Of a DNA stretch of 27,153 bases, positions 6,687 to 15,490 are shown one piece after another. Position 1 is the stretch's first letter. Every line of letters starts with the position of its first letter. Made by a program: the position numbers and the translations under genes. Below the pieces are notes generated by a model. It saw only the letters and a program-made list of their open reading frames with translations. It was not told the DNA's origin and did not search any database. The DNA comes from a virus (Duplodnaviria > Caudoviricetes), in IMG/VR virus record IMGVR_UViG_3300027518_000028, positions 1 through 27,153 of that record. The stretch is one strand, 5' to 3'.

Positions 6687-6883
6687 TATCGCCCCTCCAC
6701 TCTCTTACGCCGAGACGCACGCATTTTACGCAACAGCGCCGACGTGTGAGCGTAAAAATCGGTCCACGGCTTACCCTTGTCCAAAATCGTCCAGGGCGTG
6801 CTAGCACCGTAAAGCGTTACCCTCTGGTAGTAACTCTGTAGCTCTAACGCGAGGTGTTCGTCGGTTGTAGTCCACTTGCTCAT
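6686..6883 (-). CDS. Hypothetical protein
   Basis: 65-aa ORF with ATGA overlap upstream and TAATG downstream. Confidence 0.6.
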   Translation of the reverse strand: MSKWTTTDEHLALELQSYYQRVTLYGASTPWTILDKGKPWTDFYAHTSALLRKMRASRRKRVEGR

Positions 6884-7431
6884 TTTGTACCCCCTGTAAT
6901 AATCGCCTTTTGTTTACTAATAGACATACGCACAAAGTCAGCGTAACCGCCCACCTTAGCCTCTTCCCACAAAGCCATAAGGTCGTCGACCGTTTGCGAC
7001 TTTTCTAGCCGGTCGTGAAAATCGGCCGGCGTCTCCACCGTTTGTGCTGCCGGCGCTCCACGTTGTACCTTTTCCATTTCCTCACGAGACGCTAACGATT
7101 TAGCTGCGTCGTCTTTGTTGCCGGTCCACTTGTTAGAGGCCAGCGCCAGACAACGGCCTACAGCGCTCGTCTCGCACACCTCAAGCGCACTAGTCGCCTG
7201 GGGCCCGTTAGCCGAGTCCACCTCGAAAGCGTGCCCAGTGGCTTTAGACAAGCCCTCGGCCTGGTCCTCGCGTGTTAGGTAGAGTGTCGCCTTTACACGC
7301 CAGACACCTCTAGCGCGATCGTCGGCGGTCGAATAGTCCAGCGTTTCCAGTCGATAGTCTGGATAAGCGGCCTCGAGCATAGCTAGGCGTTCTGCCACTG
7401 TGGCATATTTATTTAGGTCGAACCGTGCCAT
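6880..7431 (-). CDS. Putative single-strand annealing protein (Rad52/ERF-like)
   Basis: Follows the YqaJ exonuclease; YATVAERL...ATGHAFE...SALEVCETSAVGRCLA...ASREEM pattern. Confidence 0.65.
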   Translation of the reverse strand: MARFDLNKYATVAERLAMLEAAYPDYRLETLDYSTADDRARGVWRVKATLYLTREDQAEGLSKATGHAFEVDSANGPQATSALEVCETSAVGRCLALASNKWTGNKDDAAKSLASREEMEKVQRGAPAAQTVETPADFHDRLEKSQTVDDLMALWEEAKVGGYADFVRMSISKQKAIITGGTK

Positions 7432-8025
7432 TTATTTACCCTCTCTAGTTTGTAAAGCGTCTGCCAGCTCGGCCGAGCGCTCCACCATTGCGTCGATAAT
7501 ATCCTCGTCACGGCCAATAACACCGTGTTTAGGTTCGAGCCACGCCGGCACCATAAGCCCGTCGTGCTCTTCACGTAACAGCCACACAAACACACACGAG
7601 CTCGCACCCGTAACGTAGAGCTGCCACTGGACCTGGCGGACGTACTGTATTGGCACCTTGTCCACCGAGCCCCAGTCTTTCCCCGTCGTCTTAATCTCTG
7701 CGATCGTGTCGTGGTCCAGACTGAGCCCGTCGGGTGTGGCGATAGCGTCGCTAAACTCGTCGTGTCGTATCAGCCAATCGTTAGGCATAACGCCAGTCGC
7801 GTTTTTGGTCCATAAAGCCAGCCACGGCTCACTATCGAGACCAAACTGCATATAAGCGTTCACAGTAATTGGCGTCTCGTTGTCCCAGTTCTCGACAACC
7901 TCACGAAACCCCGACGGCGTCATAGCTTTAGCCATAGTTGTAGCCGACATACCCAAACGTCGAGCGTCTAGCCACGCTTGCTCGTCAAAAGACTTACACG
8001 CTATAAACCGGTCTGCGCTAATCAT
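7432..8025 (-). CDS. YqaJ/lambda-exonuclease family recombination exonuclease
   Basis: WLDARRLGMSAT, FG...E, ATPDG, EIKT, YVRQVQWQLYVTG. Confidence 0.9.
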   Translation of the reverse strand: MISADRFIACKSFDEQAWLDARRLGMSATTMAKAMTPSGFREVVENWDNETPITVNAYMQFGLDSEPWLALWTKNATGVMPNDWLIRHDEFSDAIATPDGLSLDHDTIAEIKTTGKDWGSVDKVPIQYVRQVQWQLYVTGASSCVFVWLLREEHDGLMVPAWLEPKHGVIGRDEDIIDAMVERSAELADALQTREGK

Positions 8026-8210
8026 TAATTACCGTGCATAATCGAATTGGCGCGAGCATAAACAGTCTCGTAAATATCCAGCTCTCTCGCACGAGCAATA
8101 ATGTCGGCGCGGCGGTGCTCATTGTCTGAAAAGTCGACCGCGTTACTTGGCGCGTACGTATCCAGCCACGCCTCGACCAACTCGTTAGCCAAGTCCTCAA
8201 CGTTAGACAT
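8025..8210 (-). CDS. Hypothetical protein
   Basis: ATG at 8210 overlapping the upstream gene end; TAATG coupling downstream. Confidence 0.6.
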   Translation of the reverse strand: MSNVEDLANELVEAWLDTYAPSNAVDFSDNEHRRADIIARARELDIYETVYARANSIMHGN

Positions 8211-8502
8211 TAGACAACCCCCACACAATCGAATAACGGCCACTAGCCAGTTTCACACGCCGGCCCGTGTCAATCACAAGCCCACGATCTACCAGCTCAG
8301 CCCTACGCGACCGTATACCCGACTCCGACGCTCGAGGTGCCGTCTTATACGCGCTATAAGCGTTAATAAGCTCCCCGTCATTACGTGGCCTCTTCAGACA
8401 CCGCAGAATAAACGCCTGCGTCTGGGTAACATTGTCGACCGAGTCCGCTGCCAAGTGCGACGTAATCGGGTCCGTGCGACGAGCTCTAACCGTCCTCGCC
8501 AT
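8203..8502 (-). CDS. Winged-helix DNA-binding protein
   Basis: ARRTDPITSHLAA...SGIRSRRAELVDRGLVIDTGRR...IVW; ATG at 8502 with GAGGA RBS. Confidence 0.7.
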   Translation of the reverse strand: MARTVRARRTDPITSHLAADSVDNVTQTQAFILRCLKRPRNDGELINAYSAYKTAPRASESGIRSRRAELVDRGLVIDTGRRVKLASGRYSIVWGLSNV

Positions 8503-8662
8503 TGTCCTCACCACCCTCGGACTGTTTGACAACCGTTACAGCGTCCAACGCGTCGCGCAGTTTCTTCGACTCTGCCAGCGACAACAACAACGTGCCGCCG
8601 TCCATATCCCACCCGTGAGGGTTACTCACAAACAACGTACTACCGAATTGTTCTACGTGCAT
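8486..8662 (-). CDS. Hypothetical protein, 58 aa (not in ORF track)
   Basis: MHVEQFGSTLFVSNPHGWDMDGGTLLLSLAESKKLRDALDAV...; AAAGAGG RBS; fills the gap after whiB. Confidence 0.6.
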   Translation of the reverse strand: MHVEQFGSTLFVSNPHGWDMDGGTLLLSLAESKKLRDALDAVTVVKQSEGGEDNGEDG

Positions 8663-8912
8663 TTCGTTTTAACCTCTTTCTCTCTAGTTCGCTTGCGCCA
8701 CCCCACACACCAAAAGACTCTTCAGCTTGTAAAGCGTAGGCAAGACACTCCAACATTACTGGGCACGTGCGACACAGTTTTTTAGCCTGCTCACTACCTG
8801 CCCGTTTATCGGGAAAAAATAGGTCGGGCCATTGTTGGCACGGCACCACTCCCCCCTCGTCCTCAATCGCCTTAAGCAACTCGTCGTAACCTGGCTGGCT
8901 GTAAAAGCTCAC
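8640..8912 (-). CDS. whiB: WhiB-family Fe-S transcription factor
   Basis: C...PDLFFP...AKKLCRTCPVMLECLAYAL...FGVWGGASELER: four Cys plus GVWGG. Confidence 0.95.
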   Translation of the reverse strand: MSFYSQPGYDELLKAIEDEGGVVPCQQWPDLFFPDKRAGSEQAKKLCRTCPVMLECLAYALQAEESFGVWGGASELERKRLKRNARRTIR

Positions 8913-9055
8913 TGGTCGCGCACCGCGATAATAACGCCGGCGGCCATTACCAGGAAACCAAGTAACGTGAGCCCGTTTACCGGCACGTTATACGGGTCGA
9001 TAATCCCAGGCGTGAGCGCCATAGCGCCACCGATAACTACAAGTAGGTAAGCCAT
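8909..9055 (-). CDS. Small two-TM membrane protein, 48 aa (not in ORF track)
   Basis: MAYLLVVIGGAMALTPGIIDPYNVPVNGLTLLGFLVMAAGVIIAVRDQ; TAATG and GTGA coupling. Confidence 0.7.
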   Translation of the reverse strand: MAYLLVVIGGAMALTPGIIDPYNVPVNGLTLLGFLVMAAGVIIAVRDQ

Positions 9056-9438
9056 TAGATAAGCCTCGCGATCCACAAAAGCAAACCGATAGCCATAGTC
9101 GCAAACCCGATTACAGCGCCCATAATGAGCCGGTAGTCGGACTTGTTCAGTGTTATCGTCTGCGACGCCTTTACCGTGTCGGCGGCCTGGCGTCGAGTCT
9201 GCAACTGTAAAGCCACGTGCTCACTAGCTGGCTTAGGCGACTTTACAATAGCCTCGCTAACCTTTGTGGCGACGTCCTGCGCCTCCCAGGCGTGTATAGC
9301 ACTCCACACTCGCTCGTCGCGAGCCAAAAGCCACTCGTGCAAGTATGGCGGCAAGTATTTACCGCTCGACTTATACCAGACGACCATACGGTCTACGTCG
9401 GCTTGTTGGCTTATGCCTAGTTGGTTGTAGTACCCCAT
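9055..9438 (-). CDS. Hypothetical protein with C-terminal TM anchor (first early gene)
   Basis: Strong AGAGAGG RBS; hydrophobic C-terminus. Confidence 0.7.
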   Translation of the reverse strand: MGYYNQLGISQQADVDRMVVWYKSSGKYLPPYLHEWLLARDERVWSAIHAWEAQDVATKVSEAIVKSPKPASEHVALQLQTRRQAADTVKASQTITLNKSDYRLIMGAVIGFATMAIGLLLWIARLI

Positions 9439-9476
9439 TGTCTTTACCTCTCTCTTAGTTGGTGCTTACTGTGCAT

Positions 9477-9506
9477 ATCTTGGCACGACGCCCAACATAA
9501 AACCAA
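9477..9506 (-). promoter_or_regulatory. Putative early promoter TTGGTT-N18-(TG.)CAAGAT
   Basis: AT-rich gap between the late terminator and the first early gene; imperfect sigmaA-like elements. Confidence 0.35.
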
Positions 9507-9531
9507 CTCATTTATATAACAGCTAGGTAAC

Positions 9532-9572
9532 AAAAAAAAGACCCCCCTAAGCTCGAAAGCCTAGAGGGGTCT
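9532..9572 (-). terminator. Intrinsic terminator ending the late/lysis operon
   Basis: AGACCCCTCTAGGCT-TTCG-AGCTTAGGGGGGTCT stem followed by a T run on the minus strand. Confidence 0.9.
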
Positions 9573-9595
9573 CTATCCCTAGAGAGAGGGTCTAT

Positions 9596-9673
9596 TTACT
9601 GGCAACTATCACACTGTAATAGTTCCATAGGGTCAACGGGCACAGCGTACCCGTCCAAAATTTCGCGATCCAT
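9596..9673 (-). CDS. 25-aa acidic peptide ending CDSCQ (not in ORF track)
   Basis: MDREILDGYAVPVDPMELLQCDSCQ; TAATG coupling to the holin; ends just before the terminator. Confidence 0.7.
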   Translation of the reverse strand: MDREILDGYAVPVDPMELLQCDSCQ

Positions 9674-9879
9674 TACTCGCCAACCGGTACACGGTCATAC
9701 TGCAAGACAGACGTTAGCAGCGACATAACCATAGCCAGCGCAGAGACAGACGAAACGTTAAGCCAGTCCACCGAGAAAATACCGGTCGCGCCGACGCTAA
9801 TAGTAGCTAGCGCTGTTTGTGCAAACGTTTTTAGAGCTCTCTCGGTTGCGTACGCGTGAAACCTTTTAATCTTATCCAT
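9673..9879 (-). CDS. Holin (r1t-like)
   Basis: ERALKTFAQTALA...VDW......A...SLLTS motif, two TM segments, lysis cassette. Confidence 0.85.
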   Translation of the reverse strand: MDKIKRFHAYATERALKTFAQTALATISVGATGIFSVDWLNVSSVSALAMVMSLLTSVLQYDRVPVGE

Positions 9880-10102
9880 CTGGGTTACTCTCTTTCCTGT
9901 GTAGTCTTACGTCCTCGTAGGCGGCCGCGCCGGTGTAAACAGATAGGGCCGCGCCCATAAGACCGGCCACCGACAATACTACCGTTTCCAATACTGAGCG
10001 GTCGTCGCCACTCGCAACAACCCACACAATAACTACAGCGCCAAACACTAAAGTCGAAAATATGGCGCGACGGCGATATTTCCACGACGGTTTATCGGTC
10101 AT
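9872..10102 (-). CDS. Two-TM membrane protein (lysis-associated)
   Basis: WKYRRR followed by two hydrophobic helices; lies between endolysin and holin. Confidence 0.7.
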   Translation of the reverse strand: MTDKPSWKYRRRAIFSTLVFGAVVIVWVVASGDDRSVLETVVLSVAGLMGAALSVYTGAAAYEDVRLHRKESNPDG

Positions 10103-10335
10103 CTAATTATGTTCACAATCCACGGCATAACCGCAGCGACCAGGCCAAAACCGCCCACAGCCCAGCCCATACGGGTCTCGAGCTTACGTATGCGGTCCTC
10201 GTGGTCCTCTATTTTATGTTCACTACTTGGCAGACTATTAACGATTTTCTCAATTAGTCGCCCTTGCCGTTGCACCTCTTCGTAGAGATCGCGCATAGAT
10301 ACCCTAACTCCGACCTCGCGAGTGTTGTCGTCCAC
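10099..10335 (-). CDS. Coiled-coil protein with C-terminal TM (lysis-associated)
   Basis: DHEDRIRKLE followed by a TM helix; GTG at 10335 coupled to the endolysin stop. Confidence 0.7.
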   Translation of the reverse strand: MDDNTREVGVRVSMRDLYEEVQRQGRLIEKIVNSLPSSEHKIEDHEDRIRKLETRMGWAVGGFGLVAAVMPWIVNIIR

Positions 10336-10961
10336 TAGGCCACCTCGTTTAGCCACGACTGTAAAGCCTTATACGTGGCCGAGCTCGGTTTGCCGTCAAT
10401 CTTTCCCGTGTAATAACCCTGCGCGGTTAGGTACGACTGGAAACGCGACCACGTGCCAGGACCAATAACGCCGTCGACCTTTAAGGGTGCCGGTTTGCTC
10501 GGTGTTGCACCTGTGTCGGGTGTTGCACTGTTAGCAGCCGACTTAGTCATATCGGTTACCGTCTCAGGGTCAAAGTCTGTGCCGAAACGTTGCGCCTTGC
10601 GAGTCTCCCAGTGTAGGTGGACGCCCGTAGACGCGCCCGTCGTGCCGGTATGACCTAATACCTCACCTAGAGCCACTTTAGCGCCCACAGCGAGCGTAGA
10701 GGGCTCTCTAAGGTGGTAATAGACGGTGTACAAGTCTGTAGCGTGTTTTACGATAAGCGTGTAACCGCCACCGGTCCGTTTGTTTAGGTCTGCGCCTTTA
10801 TGCACAACCTCACCGTCGGCCGGCGAATAAATAAAACCGCTATAACCAACGTCGAGCCCCCTGTGTTTCTGAGTACGCCCACTAATCGGGTGCCGACGGT
10901 TACCATAGCCACCGTTAGGGTTTACCTTGTGTGGATCGGGCCACGGCTTAAGTAGTTTCAT
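10335..10961 (-). CDS. Endolysin: M23 peptidase with C-terminal peptidoglycan-binding domain
   Basis: HRGLD, YYHL, TGASTGVHLHWE; C-terminal LKVDGVIGPGT...IDG...T..ALQSWLN. Confidence 0.92.
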   Translation of the reverse strand: MKLLKPWPDPHKVNPNGGYGNRRHPISGRTQKHRGLDVGYSGFIYSPADGEVVHKGADLNKRTGGGYTLIVKHATDLYTVYYHLREPSTLAVGAKVALGEVLGHTGTTGASTGVHLHWETRKAQRFGTDFDPETVTDMTKSAANSATPDTGATPSKPAPLKVDGVIGPGTWSRFQSYLTAQGYYTGKIDGKPSSATYKALQSWLNEVA

Positions 10962-11217
10962 TAACAACCTCAACTACTGGCGGCACAAAAACGTCTAACG
11001 CTTTGTCGTAGCTGTAACCGACACCAGGGTAGACGCCCCTAAAGTTTGCGTTATATGAGCATTGGACCAGCTCGGACGGTTTGTAACCGTGTAAATTGGC
11101 TAAAAACTTTTGGCCTAGAGTTTCTTGTTCGACACCGTTTTTATCGGTTATGACTCCGTTGTTTACGACGTGAACACCCACAACCACACCGTCCATTACT
11201 CTCGCAAAATGCGCCAT
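10948..11217 (-). CDS. Small protein typically paired with Gly-rich fibre genes (putative fibre chaperone)
   Basis: MAHFA...QCSYNANFRGVYPGVGYSYD...DVFVPP motif; directly follows the Gly-rich gene. Confidence 0.65.
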   Translation of the reverse strand: MAHFARVMDGVVVGVHVVNNGVITDKNGVEQETLGQKFLANLHGYKPSELVQCSYNANFRGVYPGVGYSYDKALDVFVPPVVEVVNETT

Positions 11218-12095
11218 TAGTTTATCCTCACAATCACAACACCAGCCGAACCGTTACCGCCGTTAGTAGCGCTAGTGTCATTCCAGGCTCCACCACCACC
11301 TGAGCCTCGGTTGGCTACAGCGTTACCAGCGTTTGTGGTCGCGCCACCAGCGCCACCAACAGAAGAACCGCCCACAGCAGGAGTGCCACCACGCTGACCA
11401 CCACCACCTCCACCAGCATAGAAAAGACTGGTGCCTGTAATGTCTGAGGCAACACCAGCACCACCGGCACCGCCGACACTGTTTGTTCCGGTTCCGCCGA
11501 CAGCTCCCTGACCACCGCCTCCACCACCAGACCTTTGTGAACCTGTGCCTGAACCAAAACCAGCGCCAGCGTTATTACCGATAGCCGGAGAAACTGTAAT
11601 TCCCTGTCGGTTTGCTAGAGTTTCTGCACCACCCCCACCACCCGAAGCCCCGTCTCTAGCGGCAACATTTCCATTAGAACCAGCACCGCCACCAGGCATA
11701 ACAACACCGCTAAAAATACTTTGGCCTCCCATAGCGCCCAAGTTAGCTGCCACACCACCGGCACCAGCAGCACCCACAGTTACAGTCACGGTCTCAGCAG
11801 ACACAAAAAAATTAGGTAAGCGCACCCAACCGCCAGCACCGCCACCGCCAGAGCCCGAAGCGCTCCCAGAACCAGCGCCTCCGGCACCGCCACCCAACAC
11901 CAAAACATCAACAAAGCCAGCCCTAGAAAACGTAATAGAACCGTCGCCAGTGAACCTATAGACGTTAGCTACTGAAGTATCAGGCGACCCCGTCGTAGCC
12001 GACACAATCGCCGACACACGACCAGCCTCACCACTCATAGCGTCACTCTTAGAAAAATTGCGTACAGAGCTTGCTCGCATAGAAGTAACAGCCAT
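11217..12095 (-). CDS. Glycine-rich tail fibre/receptor-binding-like protein
   Basis: VLVLGGGAGG, YAGGGGGG, GGNGSAGVVIVR glycine-rich domain; at the end of the tail module. Confidence 0.75.
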   Translation of the reverse strand: MAVTSMRASSVRNFSKSDAMSGEAGRVSAIVSATTGSPDTSVANVYRFTGDGSITFSRAGFVDVLVLGGGAGGAGSGSASGSGGGGAGGWVRLPNFFVSAETVTVTVGAAGAGGVAANLGAMGGQSIFSGVVMPGGGAGSNGNVAARDGASGGGGGAETLANRQGITVSPAIGNNAGAGFGSGTGSQRSGGGGGGQGAVGGTGTNSVGGAGGAGVASDITGTSLFYAGGGGGGQRGGTPAVGGSSVGGAGGATTNAGNAVANRGSGGGGAWNDTSATNGGNGSAGVVIVRIN

Positions 12096-12104
12096 TAGTT
12101 ACCC

Positions 12105-12434
12105 TTAAGCGATCTCTGAGCCGAAAACGTTAAACGACATATCGGCGCTCGACGCATACACGGTAATAACGTCTGTGGCGTCCACAGTGATACCGAGTGT
12201 TAGCGTGGTCGAATCGTTGGCCGCAATAGGCACGTCGTAGGCGAGGTAATGCTGGTTAGCCTGCGCGGCACCATTAGGGCGCACCGACAAACGAAACGAG
12301 CCAGCCGTAGCCGCCCTGTTAGCAACAACGATCGTCGAGATAACCGCCTCGGTCGCCGCCGGCACAGTGTAAAGCGTTGTAGCGGTAGTAGCCGACGGTG
12401 CCGACTGCCCCAATACCTTATATGCGTTAGCCAT
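12105..12434 (-). CDS. Putative virion structural protein
   Basis: YKVLGQSAPSATT.TTLYTVP...FNVFGSEI beta-rich protein in the tail module. Confidence 0.65.
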   Translation of the reverse strand: MANAYKVLGQSAPSATTATTLYTVPAATEAVISTIVVANRAATAGSFRLSVRPNGAAQANQHYLAYDVPIAANDSTTLTLGITVDATDVITVYASSADMSFNVFGSEIA

Positions 12435-12438
12435 TTAT

Positions 12439-13059
12439 TTACATACCTCCCAATAGAAACGAACCCTCGAAACCTAGACCGCCACCTACGGGCGTCCAGG
12501 CAGACGTATTAGTGTTATAAAACTCAACAGCGCCAGTAGTGCTATTAAAGCCAAACAACACACGACCGGCCGGCGTAGGACGCCCCACAGTAGCCCACGA
12601 ACCCAAACGGGTACCCATAAACTCGCGACGATCTGTAATCGTTGTCGGCACACCAGAAGTAGCCGGTACAAGAGCGTTCGCTAGCGGTTGCTCAAAAATA
12701 CCTGCGTCGCTCTGAACTAGAGACGGCGCAACCGGTGAACCGGCCGGCGTACCAGTCTTAACCGCCAACACAATCGAGTTAGCTGTAGGGTCCAAACGCA
12801 ACACCACAGTGTCAATACGAGGGTTAGTCGGGTCAGCGGTAGCCAAAGCTAAAGCCACAGTAGCGTCGGACGTGTAATAGTGGCCGCGCACCATAGCCTC
12901 GCCAGCCTCCACGTCAACGGCAAGACCACTACCAGCCGACACCTCCAAAGCGGTACCAGTAGGTACGTCGTCGACACCACTGTTAAAGTGCCTCGCCCAC
13001 TTACTAAATTGGGTCTCGGTTGTGTCGATACCCTCAAACGGAAAACTCGCCTGGGTCAT
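12439..13059 (-). CDS. Minor tail protein
   Basis: ADPTNPRIDTVVLRLD...GTPAGSPVAP...ITDRR motif; tail module position. Confidence 0.8.
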   Translation of the reverse strand: MTQASFPFEGIDTTETQFSKWARHFNSGVDDVPTGTALEVSAGSGLAVDVEAGEAMVRGHYYTSDATVALALATADPTNPRIDTVVLRLDPTANSIVLAVKTGTPAGSPVAPSLVQSDAGIFEQPLANALVPATSGVPTTITDRREFMGTRLGSWATVGRPTPAGRVLFGFNSTTGAVEFYNTNTSAWTPVGGGLGFEGSFLLGGM

Positions 13060-13070
13060 TATTGCCTCTC

Positions 13071-14642
13071 TTAATACTCGAGCTCGTACGTGCCCGTAAT
13101 GTCGAAACTATCGGCTGTGGTAAGCGTTATCGGTTTATTGTACTCAAACGGCTCAGTCTCACCGTTGGACTTGATATACGACAAGACCATAACGTTAGAG
13201 CCGGCGGCAACGTTGCCGATAATCGAGTAAATTGTGCCACCCGAGTCGTCCGTTAACGATCCACTAGAAAACGTGACCGGTCGACGACTGTTATACGGCA
13301 AAGTCATAAAATACTGGCCGGTACCAAACGTAAGAATATTGGTAAAGTCGACCGAGTAGGCGAAGTACACCATATCGCCGAAACGAGTGTAGGTCGCTGT
13401 AAAGACTGGACCGCTAAAAGTCGGCTGTGTACCGTCGGTGCCACCTTGCACACCGGCAAACGTGGTAACAACCCCGTAGCCGGTAGTGTTGCGCTCAATC
13501 TCGCTAAGACGCTTTGACTGGCTTAGGGTAGCCTTACCTAGCATAGCCTCGTAAGACGACGGCATAGGTGTACCCACCTCGGCGGCCAAGTAAACCCCGT
13601 CGGACTGGATAGACAACGCCACCGTGTACACCACAGCCGTAGCCACAATATCGCGCACAGTAACCGTAATCGTGTCGCCCAGACCCCACTCAGACCCAAA
13701 CAACATAGTCGTATTGTCGGTAGGTGTGACCGTCATAGACACACGAGTTTTACCCTCGTCGATAAGAGCCTCGGTAGCGGCCTGCGTAAAGTCCGCGACC
13801 TCTTGCGTCGTCCTCGCGTCCACAAAAGACTCTATACGCCTATTCCACACCGTCTCGGCCGTAGTCGACTCGGTAAGAGTGCCCTCAAAAAATAGGCGTT
13901 CCTCTTGCTCGCCGGCACCGCCCACGATCGCACGAGTAACCGACGGCGCTGCATAAGCGTAGTCGGCAGACGTTAAACGCCCGTTGTCAATATCGAACCG
14001 GATAAGACCGCTACGGTCGACCGGCTCGTACACGTCAAAAACTAGGCTCGCGCCCTCTTGTTGTATCGAATAACCGACGCCGCCAGTTTGTGCAAGACCA
14101 TAAAAAAGTTCCTGCATTTTGTCAAACCGAGCCGAGCCGTAAACCGTTGTGCCACGGCCCTCGTCGGTCGCGACAATTAGATCGCCCACCTGGCGCACTA
14201 CTGGGCCTGTAACTAAATTCTCGTCGACATAACCCTTTAAAACCGTTTCGACAACGTCGCTACGAATATCGTAGGCCTGCGTTTGCGCTGTAACGTCCGC
14301 CTCGGCTGGGTCTGGATAAGCCAACCGCTCAGACAAGATAATCGAGTCGTCGACACCCTCAATAGTCCACGAGCCCTCGGCGTCGTCCTGTGTTTGCGCA
14401 AGCGCGGCAGACAACATAGGGCCCGACATTATTACACCGTCTGGACCGGTAAGAATAAGACCAAAGCCAGGCGTCCGTAACAGCTCAGCCATAGGCGAGC
14501 TCGAGTGTAATTGTACTTTCCAGGCACCGACCTCGTTATGTCGTAAAATAAACTCAGCACCGACCAAGTCCGCGCCTGAGAGTTGGCCTACACGATCTAG
14601 AGACTTATTGCGCACCTCTACCGTTAGGTCGTCAACTCTCAC
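13071..14642 (-). CDS. Minor tail/baseplate hub protein (ReqiPepy6 gp37-like) with C-terminal beta domain
   Basis: N.VGAW, LAYPDP, TRAIVGGAGE..ER, RRIESFVDAR, FGSEWGLGD motifs; follows Dit. Confidence 0.8.
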   Translation of the reverse strand: MRVDDLTVEVRNKSLDRVGQLSGADLVGAEFILRHNEVGAWKVQLHSSSPMAELLRTPGFGLILTGPDGVIMSGPMLSAALAQTQDDAEGSWTIEGVDDSIILSERLAYPDPAEADVTAQTQAYDIRSDVVETVLKGYVDENLVTGPVVRQVGDLIVATDEGRGTTVYGSARFDKMQELFYGLAQTGGVGYSIQQEGASLVFDVYEPVDRSGLIRFDIDNGRLTSADYAYAAPSVTRAIVGGAGEQEERLFFEGTLTESTTAETVWNRRIESFVDARTTQEVADFTQAATEALIDEGKTRVSMTVTPTDNTTMLFGSEWGLGDTITVTVRDIVATAVVYTVALSIQSDGVYLAAEVGTPMPSSYEAMLGKATLSQSKRLSEIERNTTGYGVVTTFAGVQGGTDGTQPTFSGPVFTATYTRFGDMVYFAYSVDFTNILTFGTGQYFMTLPYNSRRPVTFSSGSLTDDSGGTIYSIIGNVAAGSNVMVLSYIKSNGETEPFEYNKPITLTTADSFDITGTYELEY

Positions 14643-15490
14643 CCGTGCACCACCTCATACGCCAAGTTGTACACACAGTCAATACGCGTGTTTGCGTCTG
14701 CGTTAGTGCCAGTGACCAGCACGCTCGAGACGCCTGGGGGAAACGCAAAGAATTTAGGCGCTGTATCCAAAATATCGTAACGGTTTACGCCACCAATACC
14801 GGTAACTATGGCGGTCTCGTGGTCGAGCGCAAAAATATCGCCGGTAACAACGTTTTCCGTAAACCGCCAGCCCTCACCGTTTAGTGAGACCTCGAGCCCG
14901 TCGACCGGTCCAACAATCTCAAAGCGCGGATACACTGGCACGTCGCTCGTGTTGTTTACGTTGATTAGGCCCAAAGCCTGCGACGAAGAGACACGTAGTT
15001 TAGTTAGCTGTGGCAACAGACCGCGACCGGTGTTACCTGTAGTAACACTAAAAGTCTCTGTGTCGGCAGACTGCCAATACGGGTTAGGTGCCTGAAACGA
15101 GAGCAACAATTTAGCCCACGTATCGCCGCCAGTTTCCCCACCATACTCAAGCTCGGCACCGCCGACGTAGTGGAGCTCCAAAAAGACGTCTCCACCGGCA
15201 CGCAAAGCCGTAAGCTTTGTCGGTCCTGCCGTGTCCTGTGTCAGCTTAGCCAGACGGCGTAAATTGTCCTCGACGTCGAGCGCGTCTGTGCCGAGCACCG
15301 TCACCGGTAAATCAACGTTACGCACACCTCGACGGCTATACCGGTAGATACCGCCGTAGCGAGCCGAGTCGTCAATACGTACCGACGTCGGTGGAATACC
15401 AAAGCCGACAAGCGACGGGTTTAGCACGTAAGTAGAATTATCAAAAGTGATAACGTCACCGTTAGAGCCTGTCAGAGTGTAATTACTCAA
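14639..15490 (-). CDS. Distal tail protein (Dit-like)
   Basis: Directly follows the tape measure; R..DLPV, FQAPNPYW, N..DVPVYP...I.GP. Confidence 0.8.
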   Translation of the reverse strand: MSNYTLTGSNGDVITFDNSTYVLNPSLVGFGIPPTSVRIDDSARYGGIYRYSRRGVRNVDLPVTVLGTDALDVEDNLRRLAKLTQDTAGPTKLTALRAGGDVFLELHYVGGAELEYGGETGGDTWAKLLLSFQAPNPYWQSADTETFSVTTGNTGRGLLPQLTKLRVSSSQALGLINVNNTSDVPVYPRFEIVGPVDGLEVSLNGEGWRFTENVVTGDIFALDHETAIVTGIGGVNRYDILDTAPKFFAFPPGVSSVLVTGTNADANTRIDCVYNLAYEVVHG

